From positions 1 through 64,000 of IMG/VR virus record IMGVR_UViG_3300032116_015796: a stretch of 64,000 nucleotides of DNA, one strand, 5' to 3'. Origin of the DNA: a virus. The translations under genes and the position numbers were made by a program. The notes under the pieces were generated by a model, which was given only the letters and a program-made list of their open reading frames with translations, searched no databases and was not told the origin of the DNA. Shown here in pieces: positions 1-8,769 of the stretch. How positions within the stretch are numbered: position 1 is the first letter of the stretch; each line of letters begins with the position of its first letter.

Positions 1-450
1 AATGGTGTTGGATTGGAAGTTATCCCCAATGGTGTTGTATTGGAAGAAATCTCCAATGGTGTTGTATTGGAAGTTATCCCCAATGGTGTTGTTAACGCCC
101 GACCCAATGTTGTTTTGATAGAAGTTACCCCCAATGGTGTTGGATTGAAAGTTAATCCCAATGGTGTTGTATTGGAAGTCATTCCCAATGGTGTTGGATT
201 GGAAGATATCCCCAATGGTGTTGGATTGGAAGTTATTCCCAATGGGGTTGGATTGGAAGTTATCCCCAATGGTGTTGTATTGGAAGTTATCCCCAATGGT
301 GTTGTTAACGAAGTCATTCCCAATGTTGTTTTGATAGAAGTTACCCCCAATGTTGTTTTGATAGAAGTTACCCCCAATGGTGTTGTATTGGAAGTCATTC
401 CCAATGGGGTTGGATTGGAAGTTATCTCCAATGGCGTTGAAGTTGAATCC
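1..450 (-). repeat. Imperfect ~30-bp coding tandem repeat (10-aa unit NTIGDNFQYN/S)
   Basis: Repeated unit aatggtgttg(g/t)attggaagttat(c/t)ccc, about 14 degenerate copies, no unique spacers. Confidence 0.9.
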
Positions 451-1959
451 ATCACAAGTATTAGATGAAAAATTGTTTCCAATTCTATTACCACTAAAAT
501 TATTTGTCCCAATAGTTAAATTGGTTCCAATAGTATTATTTCCAAAAACGTGTCCAATATTATTTTCGTAAAATTGTGAATATATGGTGTTATTATTATA
601 TCCGTTCCCGATTAAATTACGATAAAATTGTGAATAACTTTCATTACCATTATATCCATTACCAATATCGTTATTATAGAAGTCATTATAAATTTTATTA
701 TTATTAAACTGATTTCCTATTTCATTATTTTGAAAATCCCCGTTAGTGTAAACATTATCTCTAAAGTCATTTCCGATATTATTCCTATAAAAGGACCCAC
801 CAAGTAAAATATTAAACTCAAAATCACTACCAATTCGATTATTATTAAAATTTGACGTAATATAATTATTATTAAAGTTTTCCCCAATTATATTACCATC
901 AAAATCATCATTTGTTGAGTTGTTATAAAAACTATCACCTATTTGATTATTATCACAATCATCATTAAATGTGTTATTATAAGAACCATTACCAATGGTA
1001 TTGTTTCTAATTGCACCGTCAAGAAAAACATTGTTTGCCAAAAGAAAATCTCCTGTACCTTGTTCGATAAATAAATTGGCTTGGTTACCAATATAGTTGT
1101 TAACCGCACCATCAATAGCATCACCAAATGTTGTGTATTCAAAAACTTGGTCTTGCCTTACATTAGGTTGGTAATAACTCATTATACCATCATCATTTCC
1201 AAAATAATAAGGTGAATTACTGGTTTCATTTATTGTTACACCTGATATGATAGCCAAAGAATCACTCACAACAGATATAACTTCAAAAAATGAGGGATTT
1301 AAATTTTGTATCGAAACAATCGACCCTGAACCAAAATTTGAGTTAAATGTTGTACCAGTATCACCATATAATACACCAGTTGTCCCTGTTAAACCACTTA
1401 TTCCAACAAGACCACCTAATGGACTATTTTCTTCATATGAATACCCACGATATCTTTTAAATAAAATACTTCTGTTATCATAATCAGTTCTATTATTAAA
1501 GTTATCAATTCTTTCGGTAATTCTACCTTTTGCAAAACTATTCGTTATTTCAGTATTATTCCAAGTTATATCATATGATATTTTATCTTGTGGGTGTAAT
1601 GTTGAGTATACCGTAGGTGAGAATCCTGTTGTGGATACCGCCAATAATAAAATTGGTTCTGTTGTTCCTGTTTTATAGTTACCCGTTGTAATAGGGGTTT
1701 TAGTATTATCGTAGTTTGGTTGGTCATAACAAGTTTGAAAATCGGTAATTAAATAATATCCACCAGGTACTAAAGTTCCTCCTGTATATAATGAATATAA
1801 TTCATCGTAAGTTACTACTTCATAAGTTCCACCACCTGTTGATAGACCTGAATAAGGAATATGAAAAGTAAACCCACTTTGTTCAATAGCAAATAATGAA
1901 TTACTTGTTATACCTGTTGAAAGTGATAATTGACCTATTGTTTTTCCTGAAAGTATCAT
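1..1959 (-). CDS. Putative tail fibre/virion protein with long parallel beta-helix repeat region (3' end runs off window; absent from ORF track)
   Basis: ATG at 1959 opens a frame with no stop down to position 1 (MILSGKTIGQLSLSTG...YLITDFQTCYDQP...KGRITERIDNFNNRTDYD...). The C-terminal part is (N-T-I-G-x-N-F-Q-x-N)n, typical of beta-helix fibres. A late-type motif lies 15 nt upstream. Confidence 0.8.
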   Translation of the reverse strand, partial: MILSGKTIGQLSLSTGITSNSLFAIEQSGFTFHIPYSGLSTGGGTYEVVTYDELYSLYTGGTLVPGGYYLITDFQTCYDQPNYDNTKTPITTGNYKTGTTEPILLLAVSTTGFSPTVYSTLHPQDKISYDITWNNTEITNSFAKGRITERIDNFNNRTDYDNRSILFKRYRGYSYEENSPLGGLVGISGLTGTTGVLYGDTGTTFNSNFGSGSIVSIQNLNPSFFEVISVVSDSLAIISGVTINETSNSPYYFGNDDGIMSYYQPNVRQDQVFEYTTFGDAIDGAVNNYIGNQANLFIEQGTGDFLLANNVFLDGAIRNNTIGNGSYNNTFNDDCDNNQIGDSFYNNSTNDDFDGNIIGENFNNNYITSNFNNNRIGSDFEFNILLGGSFYRNNIGNDFRDNVYTNGDFQNNEIGNQFNNNKIYNDFYNNDIGNGYNGNESYSQFYRNLIGNGYNNNTIYSQFYENNIGHVFGNNTIGTNLTIGTNNFSGNRIGNNFSSNTCDGFNFNAIGDNFQSNPIGNDFQYNTIGGNFYQNNIGGNFYQNNIGNDFVNNTIGDNFQYNTIGDNFQSNPIGNNFQSNTIGDIFQSNTIGNDFQYNTIGINFQSNTIGGNFYQNNIGSGVNNTIGDNFQYNTIGDFFQYNTIGDNFQSNTI

Positions 1960-2004
1960 TTTTTTGTTTTTTATATAAATATTATATTTTGTTTATTAAT
2001 TAAG

Positions 2005-3687
2005 TTAACAAGAACCTGAAAATGTTAATGGGAACTGACAATCAAACGCGATAGTCCCTCCAGGACCTGTACCAACATATGTGTAAGTTCCGTCTGAAAA
2101 TATTAAACCGACAACACTTGTTGACCCGTTAAAATCAGTTATAGTATCATTAAGTTGTATTTGTAAAGTTTCTGGTGTTTGTATTAGTTGTAGTGAATTC
2201 GAATTTATTGATGTGGCGCCATTCCACAATGATGGGACTACAATGTTTCTAACACAATTAGGTGTTAATGTTGGGGTCGGTGTTGGGGTCGGTGTTGAAG
2301 AGATTGGGATAGTCGTATAAGATGGTGCTAAATTTGCTCCTAAATCAATTGAAACTGAAACAGTGGTTGTTTGTGAAAAAGGTGAATCAAAAGAACCACC
2401 AAAAATATTCCACCCTAAGAATTGATATCCTGGTTGTGGAACTGATTGAATACTATAAGACTGATTTTTATTTATTGTAAGTGTAGTGTCTGTTGTATAA
2501 GTAACCCCATCGAAAATTATTGATTGTCCTCCATTTATAGTTTGTATATATAAAGTTAATTCCGCTTGAGGTGTTGTTGAGGATGTTGGTGTTATTGTTG
2601 GTGTTGGTGATGGAGTCTCAGTATTTGTTGGTGTTGGTGTTGGTGTTGGAGTCTCAGTATTTGTTGGAGTAGGAGTTGGAGTTTCAGTATTTGTTGGAGT
2701 AGGGGTTGGAGGAACTTCAAATTGAATTTGAGTTGCCAAAATCGATATTGGAAAATCATTTGGTGAAATATTTCCAACAAATAGTTCTGCAGTTTTATTA
2801 AGTGAATCATAAGCTAATGATGGGTTTGTTACAATTGCTTGACCAACAACTTGATTTGGTAACATTATAACATTTGCCGTTACATCAATTGTTCCTCCAC
2901 CAACAAGTCCCAATCTAACAGTTAAAGGAATTGTTACATTGTAATTAATAGCGAAGTTAGAGTTTACGGTAAAAGTTGTAACCACAGAACCGCTAGATAT
3001 TTCGGTTGAAATTGTGTACTCAATTTCAGGGTCAACAAACATTAGATATTCATTTTCACCAACCTCAATATACTCATCGTTTTCAGTAATTATAGGATTA
3101 ATTAATTGTTGTATTGTTGTAGTTGTAGTTGTTGTAGGATTAAATGTAGTTGTAGTTGTTGTAGGATTAAATGTAGTTGTGGTTGTTGTAAAATTTGGGG
3201 TAGGTGTTGGTGGTGGACAAGTTGGACAACTTGGACATGGTGAAGTAGTGGTGGTTGTTGTAAAAGGCCCGTTTATACAACAAGGGAACTCTGATACATA
3301 ACAACTATCGTATGGTAAATCATCGGCAATGAAAGATTCTTGTATGTTGATGTAAAGTTTTTCTCTTATAGGTAAAATTAATACCCCATCATCATTTCTT
3401 AACATGAATTGACCTTCATATCGACCAACTTTATTAGTATCTCTATTTTGAAACTGATAATAAATGTAATATTCTGGTTCTGCGTTTGGGTCTATAAAAG
3501 TTTTCTCCACAAACCCTGCAGGTCTTGATGTTACTTTTGGAATACCTGTTGCAGTATCAACCATAGAAAAGAATATTGCAGACAATTCTATGGTCTTCAT
3601 AAAATTATCGAAATCACTTCTACCGTCTTTAACTACTTGTAATTTTAATAAAGGAAGAGTAGCATTTTTTTTAATGAAAAATTCCAT
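2005..3687 (-). CDS. Putative virion structural protein: BppU-like N-terminal domain, Thr/Pro-rich linkers, InlB-B/Flg_new-like repeat
   Basis: N-term FFIKKNATLPLLKLQV..YYQF...DT...GRYEGQF; (FNPTTTTTT)n and (PT)n tracts; YSIQSVPQPGYQFLGW. Confidence 0.55.
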   Translation of the reverse strand: MEFFIKKNATLPLLKLQVVKDGRSDFDNFMKTIELSAIFFSMVDTATGIPKVTSRPAGFVEKTFIDPNAEPEYYIYYQFQNRDTNKVGRYEGQFMLRNDDGVLILPIREKLYINIQESFIADDLPYDSCYVSEFPCCINGPFTTTTTTSPCPSCPTCPPPTPTPNFTTTTTTFNPTTTTTTFNPTTTTTTTIQQLINPIITENDEYIEVGENEYLMFVDPEIEYTISTEISSGSVVTTFTVNSNFAINYNVTIPLTVRLGLVGGGTIDVTANVIMLPNQVVGQAIVTNPSLAYDSLNKTAELFVGNISPNDFPISILATQIQFEVPPTPTPTNTETPTPTPTNTETPTPTPTPTNTETPSPTPTITPTSSTTPQAELTLYIQTINGGQSIIFDGVTYTTDTTLTINKNQSYSIQSVPQPGYQFLGWNIFGGSFDSPFSQTTTVSVSIDLGANLAPSYTTIPISSTPTPTPTPTLTPNCVRNIVVPSLWNGATSINSNSLQLIQTPETLQIQLNDTITDFNGSTSVVGLIFSDGTYTYVGTGPGGTIAFDCQFPLTFSGSC

Positions 3688-3735
3688 CCAATCTATTTTA
3701 TTCTATAAATACTTTACTTGTATAAAATAAACAGA

Positions 3736-5442
3736 TTAACTTTCTTTTCTTAATTTTCCATCATAGTGGTCAAATCGATTATGTTCAGTTGGTGTGAGTA
3801 ATAATAATCCTGATGATAAATTCCCTTTTATTGTTTCTTGAAACATGTGACTCATCCAAGTTTGTTCAAATGGATGACCCCACTTTGTTTCCAAGAACAT
3901 TTTTTTGTTACCTTCTTTTGAAACTATCTGAGGCCAATTACAATAATATACCTCTCCTAAAGCGTACGGAACATCTTTATGTATTTTAATCTTTGTAAAA
4001 ACTGTGTTTGGAGCATCAGGGTCTAAACCTAATTGTGGTAATGTTGGTTTTTCAGTCCAATGAGTTTCCCTGAAATTTTGTGGTACGTTATACCAACTCC
4101 ATTGAGTTGAGTTATTACCGAAAAATTCTGTGAAATTAAACTTTAAAAAATCTAATTCTTCTTTTTTAATAATTTCTAAAGATTTGTTAAACAAATTATT
4201 AACATATCTGTTAAAACCGTTTTTACAAGTTTCTCCAGGTTTTGGGTAAAAGAACATATCATCTTCAAAAAATAACATATATTCTAATTTTGTTTCATCA
4301 AAATGTTCTGCAATCCATTGTCTTCCACCACATATTCCTAAGTTATCCATTTTTATGTGGGTAAATCCGTAATCTTTACAAAGTTTTACATATTCAGGAG
4401 TTGTTGACAAATCAGTTGAGTTATCTAACAGGAATTTTTCTGTTTTATCTAAAAAGTCAGAATCATAATCTTCCATAGATTTAATTAAAGTCCTAAACTG
4501 ATTTGGACTATTAAAAGTTAAAACGTATAAACCTACCCCCTCAATTTGATTTTGTTTTATTGAATTTATTTTTTTAAGAATGTCTTTAGCGTCTTGTTTT
4601 TTTTGACCTTGTGTTTTAGTCACTAAAGAATCATTTTTCAAGTCTTCAAAAAACTTACCCACTAAACCATTTCCTTCAATTTCGAAATAGTTTATTAAAT
4701 TATGGTTTTTATATAACATTATTGAGAAGACAGATTCTTCAGTTCCCATATAACCTTTGGACAAAGTATCCTTCAATATAGAATAATATATTGTGTTAAT
4801 CTCACTTATACTATCTTTAGGTCCTCCAAAAAAACCTCCTCTTGGAACTAATTTTACATCATTACCCGCCCATTCATTTATTTTAGGATAACTAAAACCA
4901 TGGATTTCGTTATTTGCAATATATGGAAAACATACAAATGAAAATTTATTAATGTATTTGGTTAATTTGTCAAGTACTTTATCGTGTGTAAAATAACCTT
5001 GGTGAACGGTATTGGTAAGTCCCGCGTCAATCCAAAACATGTACTTAGAGTTGAACCTATCCAATAGTTTAGCATCGTGTAATAGAAAAACTTTTGACAT
5101 TACCAACGGATTGTACATCTCTAACTGAGCTTGGGTAGAATCTTTTAACCATCCAGCCTGATTAAACCATTTAGGGTCTTTTCTTATTTTTTGAATTAGT
5201 GGGTAAAATTCGTTTGTTTTAAACCAAGACTGATTTCTAACAATGAATTGAGTATTTGATTTATCTCTATGATGCCAAACAAATGACTCTAATTCAGGTT
5301 CTCCAAAAATAATCATTTTATTTTCAACCTTAAGTAATTGAGAAAACTTATCTTTATAGTGGTCAAACGACCTAGACCAACCTTCCTTAAGGTTATTTCT
5401 ACCTATATCCCATAACCCTGTTACAAGTGTAATTTCAGACAT
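3736..5442 (-). CDS. Two-domain glycosyltransferase (HtrL/YibB/WlaTC-like N-terminus plus GT-A domain)
   Basis: ITLVTGLWDIGR, FWIDAG and GGFFGG motifs; second domain with LLDNS...FFEDD. Confidence 0.7.
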   Translation of the reverse strand: MSEITLVTGLWDIGRNNLKEGWSRSFDHYKDKFSQLLKVENKMIIFGEPELESFVWHHRDKSNTQFIVRNQSWFKTNEFYPLIQKIRKDPKWFNQAGWLKDSTQAQLEMYNPLVMSKVFLLHDAKLLDRFNSKYMFWIDAGLTNTVHQGYFTHDKVLDKLTKYINKFSFVCFPYIANNEIHGFSYPKINEWAGNDVKLVPRGGFFGGPKDSISEINTIYYSILKDTLSKGYMGTEESVFSIMLYKNHNLINYFEIEGNGLVGKFFEDLKNDSLVTKTQGQKKQDAKDILKKINSIKQNQIEGVGLYVLTFNSPNQFRTLIKSMEDYDSDFLDKTEKFLLDNSTDLSTTPEYVKLCKDYGFTHIKMDNLGICGGRQWIAEHFDETKLEYMLFFEDDMFFYPKPGETCKNGFNRYVNNLFNKSLEIIKKEELDFLKFNFTEFFGNNSTQWSWYNVPQNFRETHWTEKPTLPQLGLDPDAPNTVFTKIKIHKDVPYALGEVYYCNWPQIVSKEGNKKMFLETKWGHPFEQTWMSHMFQETIKGNLSSGLLLLTPTEHNRFDHYDGKLRKES

Positions 5443-6071
5443 TATTTTTTATATTTACAAACCCAAACTACTTTGGAAAATTTATTTTGATTATAAAATT
5501 CTAATCCGTTCTCTTTGGATGCTTCGGAAATATCATCCTCAACAATCTCCAACCAATTCCATATCTTATTATTAATCTCCTTTTCAAATGTAGATTTATC
5601 CACACAATAGTCATGTGCCATTATAAAATCACCTTGTTTAATAAACTTAGACAATAAATTGAATTCTCCTATCTTCCATCCTCCATCACAAAGTACAATT
5701 GTAGTACCCTCTGAACGAATGAAATTTTTTATATCTTCAGGTACGTCTTTAAAGTCCCCAAAAATATCCTCGACCCTAACATCAATACCTTTTTTAACCA
5801 TGTCACTATACCAAGGTCTCGCACTTATATCAAAAGTTAGGATTTTTGTATTCAATTCTAATTCTTCAGTGATTGTTTTTAAAAACATTGTAAACCCACC
5901 TAAAGCAGTACCTATCTCTAATATTCTTTTTGGTTTTACTTCTTTAATAAAATCATAAAAAACTTGATAAACATCATGGAATTGTTGAGCTGAGTGCCCA
6001 TCAAAAGAAGACAAACTGTCGTTTGCCAATAAATTTGTTTTTTTTGTTATTCTTTGTTCTATAGTTTTCAT
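5442..6071 (-). CDS. Class I SAM-dependent methyltransferase (Methyltransf_24/CmcI-like), probable sugar O-methyltransferase
   Basis: ILEIGTALGG motif I; LCDGG...HD. Confidence 0.75.
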   Translation of the reverse strand: MKTIEQRITKKTNLLANDSLSSFDGHSAQQFHDVYQVFYDFIKEVKPKRILEIGTALGGFTMFLKTITEELELNTKILTFDISARPWYSDMVKKGIDVRVEDIFGDFKDVPEDIKNFIRSEGTTIVLCDGGWKIGEFNLLSKFIKQGDFIMAHDYCVDKSTFEKEINNKIWNWLEIVEDDISEASKENGLEFYNQNKFSKVVWVCKYKK

Positions 6072-6084
6072 AATAAAAATATAA

Positions 6085-6792
6085 TTAAAATCTTATGTGT
6101 GTAACTCCTGTATTAGCAACAAACTTAAAAAAATTTCGTAACTCAAACATTTTTTTCCAGTCCATAACCATTTTAGCATCCACTGCTGACATACCAATCT
6201 CAACCCCCTCAGCGAATGCCCATATATCATTTTTAACCCCAAACTCATTTCGTTCTTTCCATTTTTGAACGAAGACTTTTAATTTTTGATTATTTTTAAA
6301 AACTAAAAATTGTTCATTTACTACTTGAGCGTTATCATAAAAATTAGTTTTTAATAAACCGTAAGGTTCTACTTTGTGTCTCCAAAAACACTTCTCAATG
6401 TCCCACTTACTACTACCTATTGAGTGAGGTCTTTCGTAGATAAAATCAAACTGTGATTTGTTCATCGAATTTAAAAAATCAACAAATTTATTTTCACTGT
6501 AACCATCATGAATATCCCAATCCGCATCAAAAAAAATAATAAACTCAAAATTTCTTTTTGAGCATTCCATAACAGGAATATATTTTAAATTATAGTTAAA
6601 GTAATTTTTTATTGTGGTAGTCTCTTTTTTATCAAAGTTGATAAAATCAACGTTTTCAATTTCAACAAAGGGACAATCGGTTACTATTATTATTTTATGA
6701 CCTTTAGAAATCTTATTTAAATTTCTCGCAAAATTACAAGCACTTAAAAAATATTTTTTACCTATCGCAATTGTTGTAAAAACGTAACTCAT
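6085..6792 (-). CDS. Putative GT-A glycosyltransferase
   Basis: TTIAIG..Y, IIVTD, FFDAD (DxD); operon context. Confidence 0.55.
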   Translation of the reverse strand: MSYVFTTIAIGKKYFLSACNFARNLNKISKGHKIIIVTDCPFVEIENVDFINFDKKETTTIKNYFNYNLKYIPVMECSKRNFEFIIFFDADWDIHDGYSENKFVDFLNSMNKSQFDFIYERPHSIGSSKWDIEKCFWRHKVEPYGLLKTNFYDNAQVVNEQFLVFKNNQKLKVFVQKWKERNEFGVKNDIWAFAEGVEIGMSAVDAKMVMDWKKMFELRNFFKFVANTGVTHIRF

Positions 6793-7481
6793 AATTTATC
6801 CGCAATTTTTAATGTTTCGGGATTAGACGGACCGTTATCATGTACAATAATTGGGTTAAACCTTTCGATAAAAATTTTACCATTTTTTATCTGAACGTGT
6901 TTTTTAGAATTTAAAGTACTCATAAAAAATTCACAGTCAGAATCAATTATAATATCATCATTCAGTAAGAACTGAATTGTCCATTTACCTTGGTCATCAA
7001 TTCCTGTATCATAAACATTATTAATAATACTTTTCATATGATTCAGTACTTTTTCAGTGTATCCGAAATAAGTTCCTGAGTTCAAATATCTGTATTCTGA
7101 GTTTATTTGTTTCTTATTATATAAATGGGTATACGAATTGGGTGGCCATAAACATTGTTCTGCACCCATAATAATTGAACAATTTTTTGATTTAAATTTT
7201 TCGATTATATTTTTTGGTGAAGAATAGAAATTTGTGTCTGTAGCGTCTAAGAAAAGTATAAATTCATATTTACCTAAAATATTTTGTTCTAAATACTCAT
7301 ACAATTTTACTATTTTATAAAAATATAGTTTATCGTAATAAGAATCACTATTACAAATACCATTGTATCTTACTACGTGTATATCTGAATTCTCAAAATA
7401 GTTTAAAGCATTCTTAACAAAAATAGGGGTATAATTTGAGGGGTAGTCAAATAATACTGTGATTAATGCAATGTTTTTCAT
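6789..7481 (-). CDS. PLOD/LH3-type glycosyltransferase domain protein
   Basis: FLDATD, GAEQCLWP, YRYLNSGTYFG, DDQ and HDNG match the procollagen lysyl hydroxylase GT domain. Confidence 0.75.
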   Translation of the reverse strand: MKNIALITVLFDYPSNYTPIFVKNALNYFENSDIHVVRYNGICNSDSYYDKLYFYKIVKLYEYLEQNILGKYEFILFLDATDTNFYSSPKNIIEKFKSKNCSIIMGAEQCLWPPNSYTHLYNKKQINSEYRYLNSGTYFGYTEKVLNHMKSIINNVYDTGIDDQGKWTIQFLLNDDIIIDSDCEFFMSTLNSKKHVQIKNGKIFIERFNPIIVHDNGPSNPETLKIADKL

Positions 7482-8722
7482 AAATTACCGACTAATCTCT
7501 CACACCAACCTTTAGATACTGAGTGAGGCCAAACAACCCAATATTTAGGTTTTTCTTTAGCGTTAAACTCTCTCCATATTTTACAGTACTTGTCAGGGTC
7601 GGTCATCATTCTGTTTATTTCATTAATATCAGCATCTCTTCTGAAAATTGTTTCATCTTTTTCATCATGGAAAGCAACAACCCAAAAATCGTAATCTGTT
7701 TCAGGTACTTGACTAAAACTAACATCAATACAGTGTTTAAATATTGAAAGGAAACTATCTTCCCATTCTTCTTCTGTTTGGTAAATTGTTGGATTAGGGG
7801 GGTAGTTTTTATCTAAAGTGTATTGTTGTACGGCTCTTTTAGAAAATCTTAAACCTGAGTAAATCTCATAATCTTTTAAGGTTCTCTCAGTTCCGAAACC
7901 GTGGTTTCCGAAATCAATGGCGGTTTCTCCATCCATACCAAATAGTTGTCTATTCTTTTTATGAGAACTTTCATTTTTCTTAAACCACTCTTTATCGTCA
8001 TCCCACTGTTTGGTTCTATTTTTTCTTGTGTATTCATGCCAAATAACAGTTCTATGTGGATGAAACAAATCATACCCGTGAGTAAATGCTCTTACCGCAA
8101 TTGATATCTCTTCCCCATGAAAATAAAATTCAGGGTCGTGTTGTACTTCTTTAGCAAATTGTCCTAAAGTAAAACAGAAGTGTGCAGAATAAAATCTTGC
8201 GGGTACTGGTTCTGTTAATTGTCCCCATCCAGGGATTGTTTCAGGTAAGAAAAATACCGCTCCTTCGGGAATAAATCTATCAAAAGCCATTCTCCATGGT
8301 TCTTTAACTCTACCTTGAGGGTCGTTATCAGGGTCAAATGATGAAACATAAGAAGTTAGTAAAGGTTTTTCAAACCCTTTTTCTTGTAATTGTTTAATCA
8401 TGTTAATTAGTGTCTCATCCCAATCCTTATCAAATCTCATATGAGAATCTAATTGTAATGTGTACTCTTCGTCTTGATATAATTGTTGTACTTTATTTCT
8501 TGCCCAACAAACTCCTTTTGATTCTGAGTACAATACATTTTCGACTCTAAATCTATGGTCAAGTTCAAATTCTGTTAAGTCGTCAAATTTGTCATCTGGA
8601 TGATATTGTCGACATATTCCTACTCTTAAATTTTCAGGGTATTTTGCATTTTCCAACATGTTATTTAATGTTGGTATAAGTTGTGGGTCTCTATAAGAAG
8701 CAATTTGGATAAAAATTTTCAT
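7478..8722 (-). CDS. GT60 / GlcNAc-transferase family (Gnt1/OGNT-like polypeptide alpha-GlcNAc transferase) with extra C-terminal domain
   Basis: IFIQIASYRDPQL, GVCWAR, LQLDSHMRF..WD, FHGEEI..AVRAFTHGYD, IWHEY. Confidence 0.85.
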   Translation of the reverse strand: MKIFIQIASYRDPQLIPTLNNMLENAKYPENLRVGICRQYHPDDKFDDLTEFELDHRFRVENVLYSESKGVCWARNKVQQLYQDEEYTLQLDSHMRFDKDWDETLINMIKQLQEKGFEKPLLTSYVSSFDPDNDPQGRVKEPWRMAFDRFIPEGAVFFLPETIPGWGQLTEPVPARFYSAHFCFTLGQFAKEVQHDPEFYFHGEEISIAVRAFTHGYDLFHPHRTVIWHEYTRKNRTKQWDDDKEWFKKNESSHKKNRQLFGMDGETAIDFGNHGFGTERTLKDYEIYSGLRFSKRAVQQYTLDKNYPPNPTIYQTEEEWEDSFLSIFKHCIDVSFSQVPETDYDFWVVAFHDEKDETIFRRDADINEINRMMTDPDKYCKIWREFNAKEKPKYWVVWPHSVSKGWCERLVGNL

Positions 8723-8769
8723 TTTTATTTTAATGATAAAAAAATAAAAACAAAACTCAATAAATCTTT

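Noticed and set aside
1-450. Possible CRISPR array
   Set aside because: Units are contiguous, degenerate, in-frame and have no unique spacers
13-468. Plus-strand 151-aa repeat ORF (and 377-571, 1247-1483)
   Set aside because: Antisense shadow of the long minus-strand beta-helix gene
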